The notes: generated from the letters alone by a model not told the origin. Counted from the first letter of the stretch, positions 9,073-18,716 are shown. The stretch: 64,000 nucleotides of DNA from an uncultured bacterium (GCA_963801165.1 CAWDDT010000007.1:229152-293151); one strand, 5' to 3'. Numbers and translations: made by a program.

Positions 9073-10323
9073 TTGTCCGTGGCCAAGGTGTCCGGTGCGT
9101 CGCGACGGGCACGCGGGATCGCCGCAGAGGAGATGCGCCGCCACAATCTGGCGACCGTCCTCGGTCACGTCCATCTCAGCGGGTCGGCATCGCGTTCCCG
9201 GCTCACCGCGTTGACCGGGCTCAATCGCTCGACCGTCGCCGACCTCATCGGTGAGCTCACTGACCTGGGGCTCGTGACCGAGAGTCCCGGTGTAGCCGTC
9301 GCCGGTCCTGGTCGGCCTTCCCCGGTGGTCAACATCCGCCCCGAGGGCGCTGTGGTGCTCGCCGTCGAGATATCCGTCGACTCGATCGCCGCGGCGACTA
9401 TCGGGCTCGGCGGGCATATGTTCAACCACGTCCGCATCGCCCGACCACGCGGCCACTTCGAGCCGGAGACGAGCGTTCGCGATATCACGGAATTAGCGAG
9501 ACCGCTCCTTGCTGCGCTTCCTGCCGACCACACTCTCGCCGCCGTCGGTGTGGCAGTCGTTGGAGTGGTGAGGCGGGCCGACGGTTTCCTCCACATCGCC
9601 CCCAATCTCGGATGGCGCAACTTGCCTCTGGGTGCCCTCCTCGAGGCCGAGCTGGGCATGGACGTCCCGATCCGAATCGCCAACGACGCCGATCTGGGAG
9701 CCCTCGGCGAATACCGGCGCGGTGGCTACGGCGGGACGTCGCACCTCGTGTACATCTCCGGCGAGGTCGGGATCGGGTGTGGGTTCATCAGCGACGGCAA
9801 GCCGCTGCTCGGTGCCGCAGGCTACGCCGGAGAGGCAGGTCACATGATGGTGAACCCCGCCGGGCACCCGTGCCGGTGCGGTGCCACCGGGTGCTGGGAG
9901 ACCGAGGCGGGGGAGGACGCCTTGCTCCGGCGGGTTCCCTCAGTTACGGCCACGACCGGGCTCGCTGCAGTCGAGGCCGTTCACGCGCTTGCCGTCTCGG
10001 GTGATGCTGAGACCCTGGACGCAATCGCCGAGACCGGCCGGTGGCTCGGGATAGGGATCGCCAACCTCATCAACGTGTTCAACCCCGAGGTGGTCATTCT
10101 CGGCGGCTTATACCACCGGCTCTTCGAGTACCTGCATGCCTCGATTATCGAGGGTCTGGGCCGGGCGATGCGAGCGCCATCGGAAATGGTCGACATACGC
10201 CGGAGCACGCTCGGCGCCAACGGCGGGCTGATGGGTGCAGCCGAGCTGGCGCTGGCGGATCTGATCAACGATCCGGCGAGGGTTGCCGCGGGCCTGGCGG
10301 TGGGTGCCGGAACCGGGGCGTGA
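9073..10323 (+). CDS. ROK family transcriptional repressor (XylR-like)
   Basis: N-terminal HTH (SRSRLTALTGLNRSTV, GRP), NDAD, GEAGH and CRCGATGCWE zinc motif. Divergent from the sugar ABC operon. Confidence 0.9.
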   Translation: MSVAKVSGASRRARGIAAEEMRRHNLATVLGHVHLSGSASRSRLTALTGLNRSTVADLIGELTDLGLVTESPGVAVAGPGRPSPVVNIRPEGAVVLAVEISVDSIAAATIGLGGHMFNHVRIARPRGHFEPETSVRDITELARPLLAALPADHTLAAVGVAVVGVVRRADGFLHIAPNLGWRNLPLGALLEAELGMDVPIRIANDADLGALGEYRRGGYGGTSHLVYISGEVGIGCGFISDGKPLLGAAGYAGEAGHMMVNPAGHPCRCGATGCWETEAGEDALLRRVPSVTATTGLAAVEAVHALAVSGDAETLDAIAETGRWLGIGIANLINVFNPEVVILGGLYHRLFEYLHASIIEGLGRAMRAPSEMVDIRRSTLGANGGLMGAAELALADLINDPARVAAGLAVGAGTGA

Positions 10324-10351
10324 ACCACACGGTCGCCGGGCGCCCGGTCTA

Positions 10352-11932
10352 TCACGCATCCGAGGTTTGGGCGGCGGGTCGGCGGCTGAGAAGATCGTAG
10401 AGAAGACCTCCGAGGAGGACGGCCACCCCGACGAACGCAGCCGAGCCGAGGACGACCGTCGCCACCGAGATGATGGTCGTGGCGAACGAGCCCAGGGCCG
10501 CGATGTCAATGATGCGCTCGATACCGAGGTTGACGGCGTAGGCGGCGAAGCCGCCGACCACCGCCAGTGGGATGACCCGGCCGGTCTGGGCGAGTACGAG
10601 CCGCAATCGGACGGAGTCGGTGGAGGCGTACCAAACCCCGGCGAGCACGCTGGCGTATACGGCGAGCGCCAGGGTCGAGGCAAGCGCTACGCCACGGATC
10701 CCGAACGTATTCTGCAAGAAGGCGTACAGCGGGATGGCGACGATGGTCGCCGCCGTGCCGACCACAACCGGTGTCCACATCTCTTTGCGGGCGTAGAACG
10801 CCCGGTTGAGGATCTGCAGAGCGCCCCACACCGGGATGGCGAAGACGTAGAAGAAGAGCGCTTCGGCGGTGCCGACCGTGCCGTCGGCGGTGAAGTTGCC
10901 CCGCTGGAAGAGGGCCCGCACGATCGGGATGCTCATCGATCCCACCAGGGCCGCCGCGATCACAGAGAAGATCAACACGTAGCGCAGCGCCCGATCAACG
11001 GTGTCCTTCATCTCCCTAATGCGCCCCTCGGCGAACAGGCGGGCCAGAAACGGGTACGCCGCAACCCCGGCCGCCTGGGCGATCACGCCAACCGGGACGA
11101 GCATCGTGCGTCTCGCGTAGTTCAGTTCTGTTGCCGCCCCCTGGCTGATGAACTGGCCGAACACCCGCATGAACGTCTCATCGAGAACCACGATTGACTG
11201 GCCGAGCATCAGTGGGAGCGCAATCAGCATGTATTCCTTGAGGACCGGGTTGCGCCATGAGATGCCCAGCCGGAGCCGCATCCCCAACCGGTGCGCTCCC
11301 CAATACTGGAGCGCGAAATTGCCGACGAACGCTCCCACCAGAGCACCCCACACGAACCCTTCCGGGGAGGCATCGTTCACCATCGCCCAACCGACGCCGC
11401 CTGCGATGATCCCGAGGTTGTAGATGATCGGGGCCAGTGTCGGGATGGTGAAGACGCCCTTGGTGTATTGGACCGCGGTGAACAGAGCCCCGAGCACGAA
11501 GAACACCTGGGCGGGGAGGATGATCCTCGTGTAGTGGATGGTGTGGGCGATCTGGTCTGCGGTGAAGCGGGGGAAGATCGTCTCGATCACCGAGGGAGCG
11601 ATCACCCAGCCGACGCCGACCAGAGCCACAATGGCGATTGCCACGGGGCGGATCACGGCACTCAGGGCGTCCCAGCCGCCGTCCTCGTCGTCGTGGGCGA
11701 GGTAGCGGGAGAAGATCGGTATGAAAGTGATGGACAGAAAGCCCCCGGCGAGCAGGTAGTTGAGGAAGTCGGGTATGGCAAACGCGGCCACGTACTCGTC
11801 GGTTGTTGCGTTTGCTCCGAGCAGCGAGGCGAAGATGATCTCCCGCAATTGACCGAGGATCCGGGAGATGAGCACCCCGCCCGACACGATCAGCGCCGCG
11901 GTCCCCATCCGTTTACCCAGGGTCTTGTTCAC
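10352..11932 (-). CDS. murJ: lipid II flippase MurJ (MviN)
   Basis: SRILGQLRE and AFAIPDFL...AGG..S.TFIP motifs; about 13-14 TM segments. Confidence 0.9.
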   Translation of the reverse strand: MNKTLGKRMGTAALIVSGGVLISRILGQLREIIFASLLGANATTDEYVAAFAIPDFLNYLLAGGFLSITFIPIFSRYLAHDDEDGGWDALSAVIRPVAIAIVALVGVGWVIAPSVIETIFPRFTADQIAHTIHYTRIILPAQVFFVLGALFTAVQYTKGVFTIPTLAPIIYNLGIIAGGVGWAMVNDASPEGFVWGALVGAFVGNFALQYWGAHRLGMRLRLGISWRNPVLKEYMLIALPLMLGQSIVVLDETFMRVFGQFISQGAATELNYARRTMLVPVGVIAQAAGVAAYPFLARLFAEGRIREMKDTVDRALRYVLIFSVIAAALVGSMSIPIVRALFQRGNFTADGTVGTAEALFFYVFAIPVWGALQILNRAFYARKEMWTPVVVGTAATIVAIPLYAFLQNTFGIRGVALASTLALAVYASVLAGVWYASTDSVRLRLVLAQTGRVIPLAVVGGFAAYAVNLGIERIIDIAALGSFATTIISVATVVLGSAAFVGVAVLLGGLLYDLLSRRPAAQTSDA

Positions 11933-11960
11933 GGCTTCAAGCTAGTAGGCCCGCCGACAA

Positions 11961-12755
11961 TTACGAGGATCCCCCAGCGAGGTCACGCCTGCGCAGGATC
12001 GATGCCACGAGCGCTGCGGCTGCGATCCCCATGATTACTGCTTTTGCGAGAGCACCCCCCGCTCCCGGATTGAGCGAGCCGAGGGCGAAGTCGGTCGGAA
12101 TGTGTTCGGTAAACTCCGCCGGTGCCAATGCGGCCGTGGCGCTCAGGCCGATCCGCCACGGCGAGAGGGTTGCCAGCCCCGGAATCGCGGCGACTATGCC
12201 GTTCTCCCAAATGAAGACATACGTCAACCCGATCAGCGTGGCCCGTTTCAGCAGATAACCAAGTGGAACAAATATCGCCGCGTAGGCAGCGGTGGCGATA
12301 GCAGCGCCGACGACCAGCGGCACCAGCCAGGCAAAGCTGTGGATCTTGATCGCGACGAGAACGCCGAGGGAAGCGGCGCCGATACCGGTCACCGTGAAAG
12401 CCTCGAGGAACGCGGCAACGACCTTGGCGGCGCCGATATTGAAGCGACGGATTGGGCGCAGCACCAGGAACGACATTGTGTTGTCGCGCCGCTCGTCGCC
12501 GAGGACCGAGGTGGCGATGATCAACGTCACAACCGGAACCAGGATGTTCATGAACACGCTGGCACTCAGACCGACGGCGGCATCGATCGCGTCTTGGCGT
12601 TGTCCCGCGAGGCTGCCGGTGCTGTTGCGGCTGGCGAGGATGATCAGCAGATACATCGCGGTTGCGGCACCGGAAAGGATGACGAGCCCTATTGCGCGCC
12701 GCAGCCGCAGTGTCTGGCGAATGGTCACCCGGATGATGGCGAGGAAAGCTCTCAT
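11961..12755 (-). CDS. ABC-2 type transporter permease
   Basis: Six TM segments, DERRDNTMSFLVLRPI and C-terminal RRD motif. Confidence 0.8.
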   Translation of the reverse strand: MRAFLAIIRVTIRQTLRLRRAIGLVILSGAATAMYLLIILASRNSTGSLAGQRQDAIDAAVGLSASVFMNILVPVVTLIIATSVLGDERRDNTMSFLVLRPIRRFNIGAAKVVAAFLEAFTVTGIGAASLGVLVAIKIHSFAWLVPLVVGAAIATAAYAAIFVPLGYLLKRATLIGLTYVFIWENGIVAAIPGLATLSPWRIGLSATAALAPAEFTEHIPTDFALGSLNPGAGGALAKAVIMGIAAAALVASILRRRDLAGGSS

Positions 12756-13693
12756 CGGCCATCAACCAGGTAACGGAAGACGCTCTCGAGCGACTCGTCC
12801 TCGGGAGCGAAGGTAGCAAGGCGGACGTCGAGATCAGACGCGTACCGTGCGACGACTCTACCGAGGGCGAGTAGGTCGGTGGTCTCCAGATGGATCCGGT
12901 CCTCCTCCAGGGAGACGCTCGTGATGGCGGTGTTTCCAAGCAATGCGGCCGCAAATTCACGTGGCTTGTCACATTGGACGAGAACCCGATAGGGGATGTG
13001 AGACATCGCCCGCCTTATGGCCGCGATGTCGCCGGCCGCTGCCAGTTTGCCGTCGACTATGGCGATGACCCTGGCCGTCATCCGCTCGACCTCTTGGAGT
13101 ACGTGAGAAGACACAATGACTGTCTTGCCGTTGGCGGCAAGCTCGCCTAGTAGATGGATGAGGTGGGCGCGTTGTACCGGGTCGGTGCCGTTGAGAGGCT
13201 CATCGAGGACGAGAATCTTCGGGTCGTGGACGAGTGCTGCGGCGACTTTCGTACGCTGTCGCATTCCTTTGGAGAACCCGCCGACCCGACGGTTGGCGTC
13301 GCCGGTCAGGTCGACGGTTTCGAGTGCGCGGTCGGCCGCGGCACGTGGATCCTTCACCCTGCTGAGAGTGGCGGCGTAGGTTAGGTATTCGCGGGCCGAC
13401 AAGGCGTCGTACAGTGCGCTCTCCTCGGGCACAAACCCGATGTCGCGGTAGCGGTCAACGTTGGACCGGGGGCGTGCACCTTCGATCAGAACCTCCCCCT
13501 GGGACGGCAACGTGAGCCCGGTGAGCATCCGAAGGAGGGTTGTCTTTCCCGCTCCGTTGGGTCCGAGCAAACCGGTCAGGCCCGGGCCGAACGAGCAAGA
13601 CACGGCAGACACGGCGACCTTCTGCCCGAACCATTTCGACACGTCGTTGACCTCGATGGTCGGGTTGGCGGCAAGAGCGGGGTTGGTTGTCAT
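12752..13693 (-). CDS. ABC transporter ATP-binding protein
   Basis: GPNGAGKTT, FSKGMRQR and LDEPLNG. Start reset to ATG 13693 (ATGA overlap). Confidence 0.9.
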   Translation of the reverse strand: MTTNPALAANPTIEVNDVSKWFGQKVAVSAVSCSFGPGLTGLLGPNGAGKTTLLRMLTGLTLPSQGEVLIEGARPRSNVDRYRDIGFVPEESALYDALSAREYLTYAATLSRVKDPRAAADRALETVDLTGDANRRVGGFSKGMRQRTKVAAALVHDPKILVLDEPLNGTDPVQRAHLIHLLGELAANGKTVIVSSHVLQEVERMTARVIAIVDGKLAAAGDIAAIRRAMSHIPYRVLVQCDKPREFAAALLGNTAITSVSLEEDRIHLETTDLLALGRVVARYASDLDVRLATFAPEDESLESVFRYLVDGR

Positions 13694-14580
13694 AGCTCCC
13701 GCCGGTATCGACGCGCCATGAGATACATCGTCAGCGCTCCCACGGCGGCTATGAAGACAGCCGATACCCATGGTTCGAAGCCGACTGAGGTCATCGGTAT
13801 GTCACCCTGCGACTCGCCGAACGCCCAGTTCCTGATGACCTCCGGGTGCTGCTGCAGACTTACGAGGGTTCCGAAGCGACCGCCGGGAAGATCGATGACC
13901 TTGAAGATCTCGGCGAAGGCCGGTGAAATGAAAATGGTGGCCAGATAGACCCCGACCGCCGGGCCGACCCGCTTGGCGTACGTTGCGATCAGAAGAGCCG
14001 GGGCGCCGTACCCGACGACGTAGGCGAACATCGTCACCAAGACCTTCACCAGGTCGTCGAGATTGTTGACGAGGGCGGACGCAAACCCTGCTTTGTCCAA
14101 GGCAGCGAGACCGACATACATGACCAGGTTGGGAACGATGAAGAATGTTGCGGCGACGGCGAACAGCGCGCCCACCCGGCCGAGGATGTAGTCCCATACG
14201 GTCATCGGCCGCGAGCTGTAGACCGCCAGGACTCCATCTTCCCGGTCCGGGATGAGGAGGTTGGGGGCCGCCGACGCTACGAACAGGATGATGACGGTGC
14301 CCACGAGGCTGATGTATTGGGCATGGCCACCAAACGGGCTCTCGCTGTCGGGGCTGAAGCTGCCCCAGAGAAACGCAAAGGCAACGAACGCTATGGCCGG
14401 GAGAAAGGCGATGCCTGCCAGCAGCCAGGGGTAGATCTTCTTGCGTGCCTTGCGTCTGATACCGAACGAGCGGCGCAGCCCATCCTTGATCATGGCTTTG
14501 ATCGCGCCGCTGCGACCCAGCCGTTGACCTTCATAGGGTTTGTAGCCCAGGTCGTAGACAACACCCGAGTCGTCAGTCAT
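13690..14580 (-). CDS. ABC-2 type transporter permease
   Basis: YDLGYKPYEG N-terminus, DREDGVLAVYSSRP and six TM segments. Start ATG 14580. Confidence 0.8.
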   Translation of the reverse strand: MTDDSGVVYDLGYKPYEGQRLGRSGAIKAMIKDGLRRSFGIRRKARKKIYPWLLAGIAFLPAIAFVAFAFLWGSFSPDSESPFGGHAQYISLVGTVIILFVASAAPNLLIPDREDGVLAVYSSRPMTVWDYILGRVGALFAVAATFFIVPNLVMYVGLAALDKAGFASALVNNLDDLVKVLVTMFAYVVGYGAPALLIATYAKRVGPAVGVYLATIFISPAFAEIFKVIDLPGGRFGTLVSLQQHPEVIRNWAFGESQGDIPMTSVGFEPWVSAVFIAAVGALTMYLMARRYRREL

Positions 14581-15484
14581 GATTCGGAGCCTCCCCGAGG
14601 AAGATGTCTTCGAGCGTTGTCGATCGTGATGCCAGGCGATGGAGCGCGGCACCGGTGGTCGCCAGCGCATCGCGTGCTGCGAGGAACGGATCCCCGGGCG
14701 TTGCGGTGATGACGAGCGTCTTGCCGTCGATCTCGAACTCGGCCCCGATCCGGCGAAGCTCGGCGGCAACCTCCTCGAGACCCTCGGTGACCTCGACCTC
14801 AACGACCTCTGTCTCGGTGAGCCCGCTCAACGGGCCGTTGCGCAGCACCTGACCGCCGTCGAGCATCACCACCCACTCACAGGTTTTCTCGATGTCGGGT
14901 AGCACGTGCGAGGAAACGAACACATTGATACCGAAGCCGCCGAGACGGCTGATCAGATCGAGCATCTCCTCACGGCCGGCCGGGTCGAGACCCGCCGTCG
15001 GTTCGTCCAAGAAGACGATTTCCGGGTCATGAACAATCGCCTGAGCGAGCATTGCCCGTTGTTTCATGCCGGTTGAGAAGTCGCCGAGGTAACGGAAGCG
15101 CTCCTCGTGCAATCCAACCATCGTCAAAATGTCTGATGCTCGCTGACGCGCTTCCGCGGCCGGTATACCGGCCAATTCGGCCGCGTATGAGATGAAGTCT
15201 GCTGCGGTTTGATCCTTCGGGAGACACTCACCCTCGGGCATGTAGCCGACACGGTTGCGGACCTTGATCAGATCCTTCGCCGGGTCGGCGCCGAGGACCT
15301 CGACATTGCCCACCGTAGGTGACAGGATCCCGAGCAGGATCTTTATCAATGTCGTCTTGCCGGCACCGTTGGCTCCCACCAGACCGACGCGCCCCGCCGG
15401 CACCTCGAGGTCGAGGTGATGCAGGGCTACGAAGTCGCCGTAAGCGTGTCCGAGACCGTGTGCGGCGATGGCGGGGGATTCCAT
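14573..15484 (-). CDS. ABC transporter ATP-binding protein
   Basis: GANGAGKTT, FSTGMKQR and LDEPTAGLDP. Confidence 0.9.
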   Translation of the reverse strand: MESPAIAAHGLGHAYGDFVALHHLDLEVPAGRVGLVGANGAGKTTLIKILLGILSPTVGNVEVLGADPAKDLIKVRNRVGYMPEGECLPKDQTAADFISYAAELAGIPAAEARQRASDILTMVGLHEERFRYLGDFSTGMKQRAMLAQAIVHDPEIVFLDEPTAGLDPAGREEMLDLISRLGGFGINVFVSSHVLPDIEKTCEWVVMLDGGQVLRNGPLSGLTETEVVEVEVTEGLEEVAAELRRIGAEFEIDGKTLVITATPGDPFLAARDALATTGAALHRLASRSTTLEDIFLGEAPNHD

Positions 15485-15529
15485 GATTCGGGAGGCTAGA
15501 CGACTCCAGCCCTGAGCGTGAATAGGGGA

Positions 15530-16201
15530 TTACCCCGGTCTCCGTCCCCGGGCTCTGCGGACGAGGAATTGCCACACTTTTTCTGTGGGTGGCGGTGGCT
15601 CCGGTGCGGGTGATGGCTCGGGCGACGGCGTTGCAGGCATTGCAGGCTGAGCATCTGCCGTTTGCCGGAGCTCGGCGAGTCGTTCCCTCAGGAAATGCGC
15701 CTCGGTCTCGGCCCGCGCCGCGCGTTCCCTCGCCTCGGCGAGCTGCTGGCCCGCCTCGTGGAGGTTCCCGAGCTGGTTGAGCATCTTGTTCCAGGCATCG
15801 ACGGGCACGATCATCGAGCCAGAGGGTATGTCCTGGGTGGGAGCCGGGGGAGGTTGTTGTGGCGCGACTGTTGTGGCGGGTCCCGGTGCTGCATGCGATG
15901 CTGTGGATCTGTCGAGACGCCCCAGCTCGGCTGCGCGGCGGGTAACCCCGTCGAGATCGACCATCCGTAGCGTGGTGCCCCGGTCTGCGGGGACGAGATA
16001 GGTGGGGATCGTGGCCCGGCGTGCCCACTTGCGCAGAGTCTCGACCGGGATACCGGTCTCCCGGCTTGCGTGGCGAAGCGTGACCCACCTGCCCGCTGCG
16101 TCTCCGGTGCTGGTTGCGTCGGCTTCGGCCTCGGCAACCCGGTGGGGTGCGGATCGGATCGCTTCGGTTTCCCACAAGAAGGCCGGGTCTTGGTCGGTCA
16201 T
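15530..16201 (-). CDS. hypothetical protein with MerR/Xis-like HTH and coiled coil
   Basis: WVTLRHASRETGIPVETLRKWARR HTH-like segment, Pro-rich linkers, coiled coil LAEARERAARAETEAHFLRERLAEL. Confidence 0.65.
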   Translation of the reverse strand: MTDQDPAFLWETEAIRSAPHRVAEAEADATSTGDAAGRWVTLRHASRETGIPVETLRKWARRATIPTYLVPADRGTTLRMVDLDGVTRRAAELGRLDRSTASHAAPGPATTVAPQQPPPAPTQDIPSGSMIVPVDAWNKMLNQLGNLHEAGQQLAEARERAARAETEAHFLRERLAELRQTADAQPAMPATPSPEPSPAPEPPPPTEKVWQFLVRRARGRRPG

Positions 16202-16298
16202 CGTCCCAACATCATACGGCCGGCCGCAGGGGACGGTGCAGCACAGACAGAACCGGGATATCGATCGCGGCGACTCGGGGCATCCTAGGATGCAACCA

Positions 16299-16907
16299 AT
16301 GGCTTCCCGAGATTCAAGCCGGATCGCCGGTCGTCCCCGTGATGAGGACGTTCGTGAGATGGTGACCAGGATCGTCGACGGCGTTCTGGCGCGTCAGGAA
16401 ACGCAACCCACCGTGGAGTCGCCCACCCCACATGAGCCCGTCGCCGGCGACAACGAGACCATCGCCATCGGCGCCGACCACGGCGGGTACCCGCTCAAGG
16501 AGAAGCTCGCTTTCCGGTTGCGGGAGCAAGGCCACGCAGTCGTCGACTGTGGCACCGACTCGTCGAAGTCCGTCGACTACCCCGACTTCGCCCATGCGGT
16601 CGCCGGTATGGTTGCCACCGGGCAAGCACGGTGGGGGATAATCGTCGACGGCGCCGGGATCGGCTCGGCGATGGTCGCAAACAAGGTGCCCGGGGTCAGA
16701 GCGGCCCTCTGTTACGACCTGTCCACCGCACGGAACTCACGGGAGCACAACCACGCCAACGTGCTCACGCTCGGCGCAGGGCTGATCGGGGACAATCTCG
16801 CCTGGCAGATCGTTCAGGAGTGGCTGGCCACCGAGTGGGGAGGCGATCGGCACGCCAGACGTGTAGAAATGATCATGGAAATCGAGCGTCGGTACTCGAA
16901 GTCGTAG
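16299..16907 (+). CDS. rpiB: BMC-associated RpiB/LacAB family sugar-phosphate isomerase with N-terminal encapsulation peptide
   Basis: IAIGADHGG, VDYPDFA, ANKVPGVRAA, SREHNHAN and RHARRV motifs. About 45-aa N-terminal extension. TAGGAT -10 sits 7 nt before ATG 16299. Confidence 0.88.
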   Translation: MASRDSSRIAGRPRDEDVREMVTRIVDGVLARQETQPTVESPTPHEPVAGDNETIAIGADHGGYPLKEKLAFRLREQGHAVVDCGTDSSKSVDYPDFAHAVAGMVATGQARWGIIVDGAGIGSAMVANKVPGVRAALCYDLSTARNSREHNHANVLTLGAGLIGDNLAWQIVQEWLATEWGGDRHARRVEMIMEIERRYSKS

Positions 16908-16942
16908 GAGAACAGTCGTAGGAGAGCAGTCGTGGGAGAACA
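16901..16942 (+). repeat. 3 x 14-bp tandem repeat spanning the rpiB stop codon to the deoC start
   Basis: GTCGTAGGAGAACA / GTCGTAGGAGAGCA / GTCGTGGGAGAACA, followed directly by ATG 16943. Confidence 0.9.
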
Positions 16943-17776
16943 ATGGACCGCCAGAAGCTGATCGATGCGGTGACTCAGGAGGTGCTCACCGCCCTGACGA
17001 TGAGATACGACGTGTGCCAGTCGCCGGAGGCGGTTCGCAACGTCGTTGCCAACGGTGCCGATCGGGTGAGCTTCCACGGCGACGCCACCGAGGTGCCGCT
17101 GGATCTCGCCAGGTACATAGACCACACCCTGCTCAAGCCGGAAGCGTCGGCGCCGGACATAGACAAGCTGTGCGCCGAGGCCAGGGACTATCACTTCGCA
17201 TCGGTGTGTATCAACCCCACGTGGGTGAAGCGGGCCGCCGAGAGCCTGCGCGGTAGCGACGTCGTCACGTGCGCCGTCATCGGGTTCCCGCTCGGGGCGA
17301 ACACCACCGCGATCAAGGCCATGGAGGCAAGGCGGGCGCTGCGTGACGGTGCCCGCGAAGTCGATATGGTGCTCAACGTAGGGGCGCTGAAGACGGGTGA
17401 CTACGACCTGGTGCGTGACGATATCGCCAAAGTCGCCGAAGCGGCGCACGAAGTGGGCGGCCTATGCAAGGTGATCCTGGAGACGGCGCTGCTCACCGAC
17501 GAGGAGAAGGTCATCGCCTCGTCGCTGGCCAAGGAAGCCAAGGCCGACTTCGTCAAGACCTCCACCGGTTTCGGGCCGGGTGGGGCGACCGTGTACGACG
17601 TGGCGCTGATGCGGGAGACGGTTGGGCCCAACATGGGGGTGAAGGCCTCAGGCGGGGTGCGTACCGCTGAGGATGTTGAGGACATGATTGCCGCGGGAGC
17701 CACCCGTATCGGGGCTTCGGCGGGAGTGCAGATAGTAGGCGGGGACGAGGGAGACGGCAGTGGCGACCGGTATTGA
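16943..17776 (+). CDS. deoC: deoxyribose-phosphate aldolase (DERA) with N-terminal encapsulation peptide
   Basis: [40 protein letters not shown] and GATRIGAS motifs. About 55-aa N-terminal extension. Confidence 0.95.
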   Translation: MDRQKLIDAVTQEVLTALTMRYDVCQSPEAVRNVVANGADRVSFHGDATEVPLDLARYIDHTLLKPEASAPDIDKLCAEARDYHFASVCINPTWVKRAAESLRGSDVVTCAVIGFPLGANTTAIKAMEARRALRDGAREVDMVLNVGALKTGDYDLVRDDIAKVAEAAHEVGGLCKVILETALLTDEEKVIASSLAKEAKADFVKTSTGFGPGGATVYDVALMRETVGPNMGVKASGGVRTAEDVEDMIAAGATRIGASAGVQIVGGDEGDGSGDRY

Positions 17777-18389
17777 GCTCAGATCGTATGCATTCCTGGA
17801 CAGCTTGCAGCCGCAGTATGCGGCGTTCCTCGGCACCGTCGCCCGAGGGTTTCTCCCACTGGCGAACGATGCTTCGCTGTGGGTGGAGGTGGCGCCGGGC
17901 ATCGAGATCAACCGGCTGACCGATGTGGCCCTCAAGGCCACCAAGGTTTGGCCGGGGATGCAGATCATCGAGCGGTACTACGGAGTGCTCGAGGTGCATT
18001 CGCCAGAGCAGGCGGAGACCAGGGCGGCTGGAGAGGCCATTCTGGAGGCGATCGGGCTGACCGAGGATGACCGTATCAAGCCGCGGCTGCTGTCGAGCCA
18101 GATCATCCGCCGGATCGATGATCATCACGCCCAACTCGTGAACCGGGATCGGCACGGCCACATGATCATCCCCGGACAAACGCTCTACGTGCTCGAGTGC
18201 GAGCCGGCCGTCTATTCGGCGCTGGCCGCCAACGAAGCGGAGAAAGCTGCAGAGATAAGCATCCTCGAGGTTCGCTCGTTCGGCTCGATGGGCCGTATGT
18301 ATCTTGCAGGAGAAGAGAGAGACATCGACGTCGGTTGGCGGGCCGCAGTGGCCGCGCTCGAAGGCGTATCCGGGCGCGAGAAGTCGTGA
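17760..18389 (+). CDS. BMC shell trimer, stacked gated-pore type (BMC-T dp; CcmP/CsoS1D-like)
   Basis: [35 protein letters not shown] gate residues and AANEAEKAA; closely follows the CcmP pattern as I recall it. Confidence 0.9.
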   Translation: MATGIELRSYAFLDSLQPQYAAFLGTVARGFLPLANDASLWVEVAPGIEINRLTDVALKATKVWPGMQIIERYYGVLEVHSPEQAETRAAGEAILEAIGLTEDDRIKPRLLSSQIIRRIDDHHAQLVNRDRHGHMIIPGQTLYVLECEPAVYSALAANEAEKAAEISILEVRSFGSMGRMYLAGEERDIDVGWRAAVAALEGVSGREKS

Positions 18390-18413
18390 CCCTAACGAAA
18401 GGAGATGCTTCGG

Positions 18414-18716
18414 ATGGCTGAAGCTCTTGGAATGATCGAGGCCCGGGGTTTTGCGGCGATGGTCGAAGCCTCCGACGCCATGGTGAAGGCGGCCAAGGTC
18501 GAGCTCGTCGGTTACGAGAAGACCGGCGGCGGCTATGTGACTGCCATCGTCCGTGGTGACGTAGCCGCGGTCAAGGCGGCCATCGACGCCGGGGTCCGGG
18601 GCGCCGAGAAGGTCGGCGAAGTGATCGCCACCCACGTCATCGCCCGCCCGCACCTCAACATCGATCTGGTTCTGCCGCTGGGCAGGCAGGAAGAGGCCGG
18701 GCAAGAACTCGGCTGA
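18414..18716 (+). CDS. BMC shell hexamer (BMC-H, EutM/PduA/CcmK family)
   Basis: [26 protein letters not shown] and HVIARPH. AAAGGAG RBS precedes ATG 18414. Confidence 0.95.
   Translation: MAEALGMIEARGFAAMVEASDAMVKAAKVELVGYEKTGGGYVTAIVRGDVAAVKAAIDAGVRGAEKVGEVIATHVIARPHLNIDLVLPLGRQEEAGQELG

Noticed and set aside
16901-16942. Possible CRISPR or iteron array
   Set aside because: Only three contiguous 14-bp units with no spacers, inside an operon, and no rep gene nearby.
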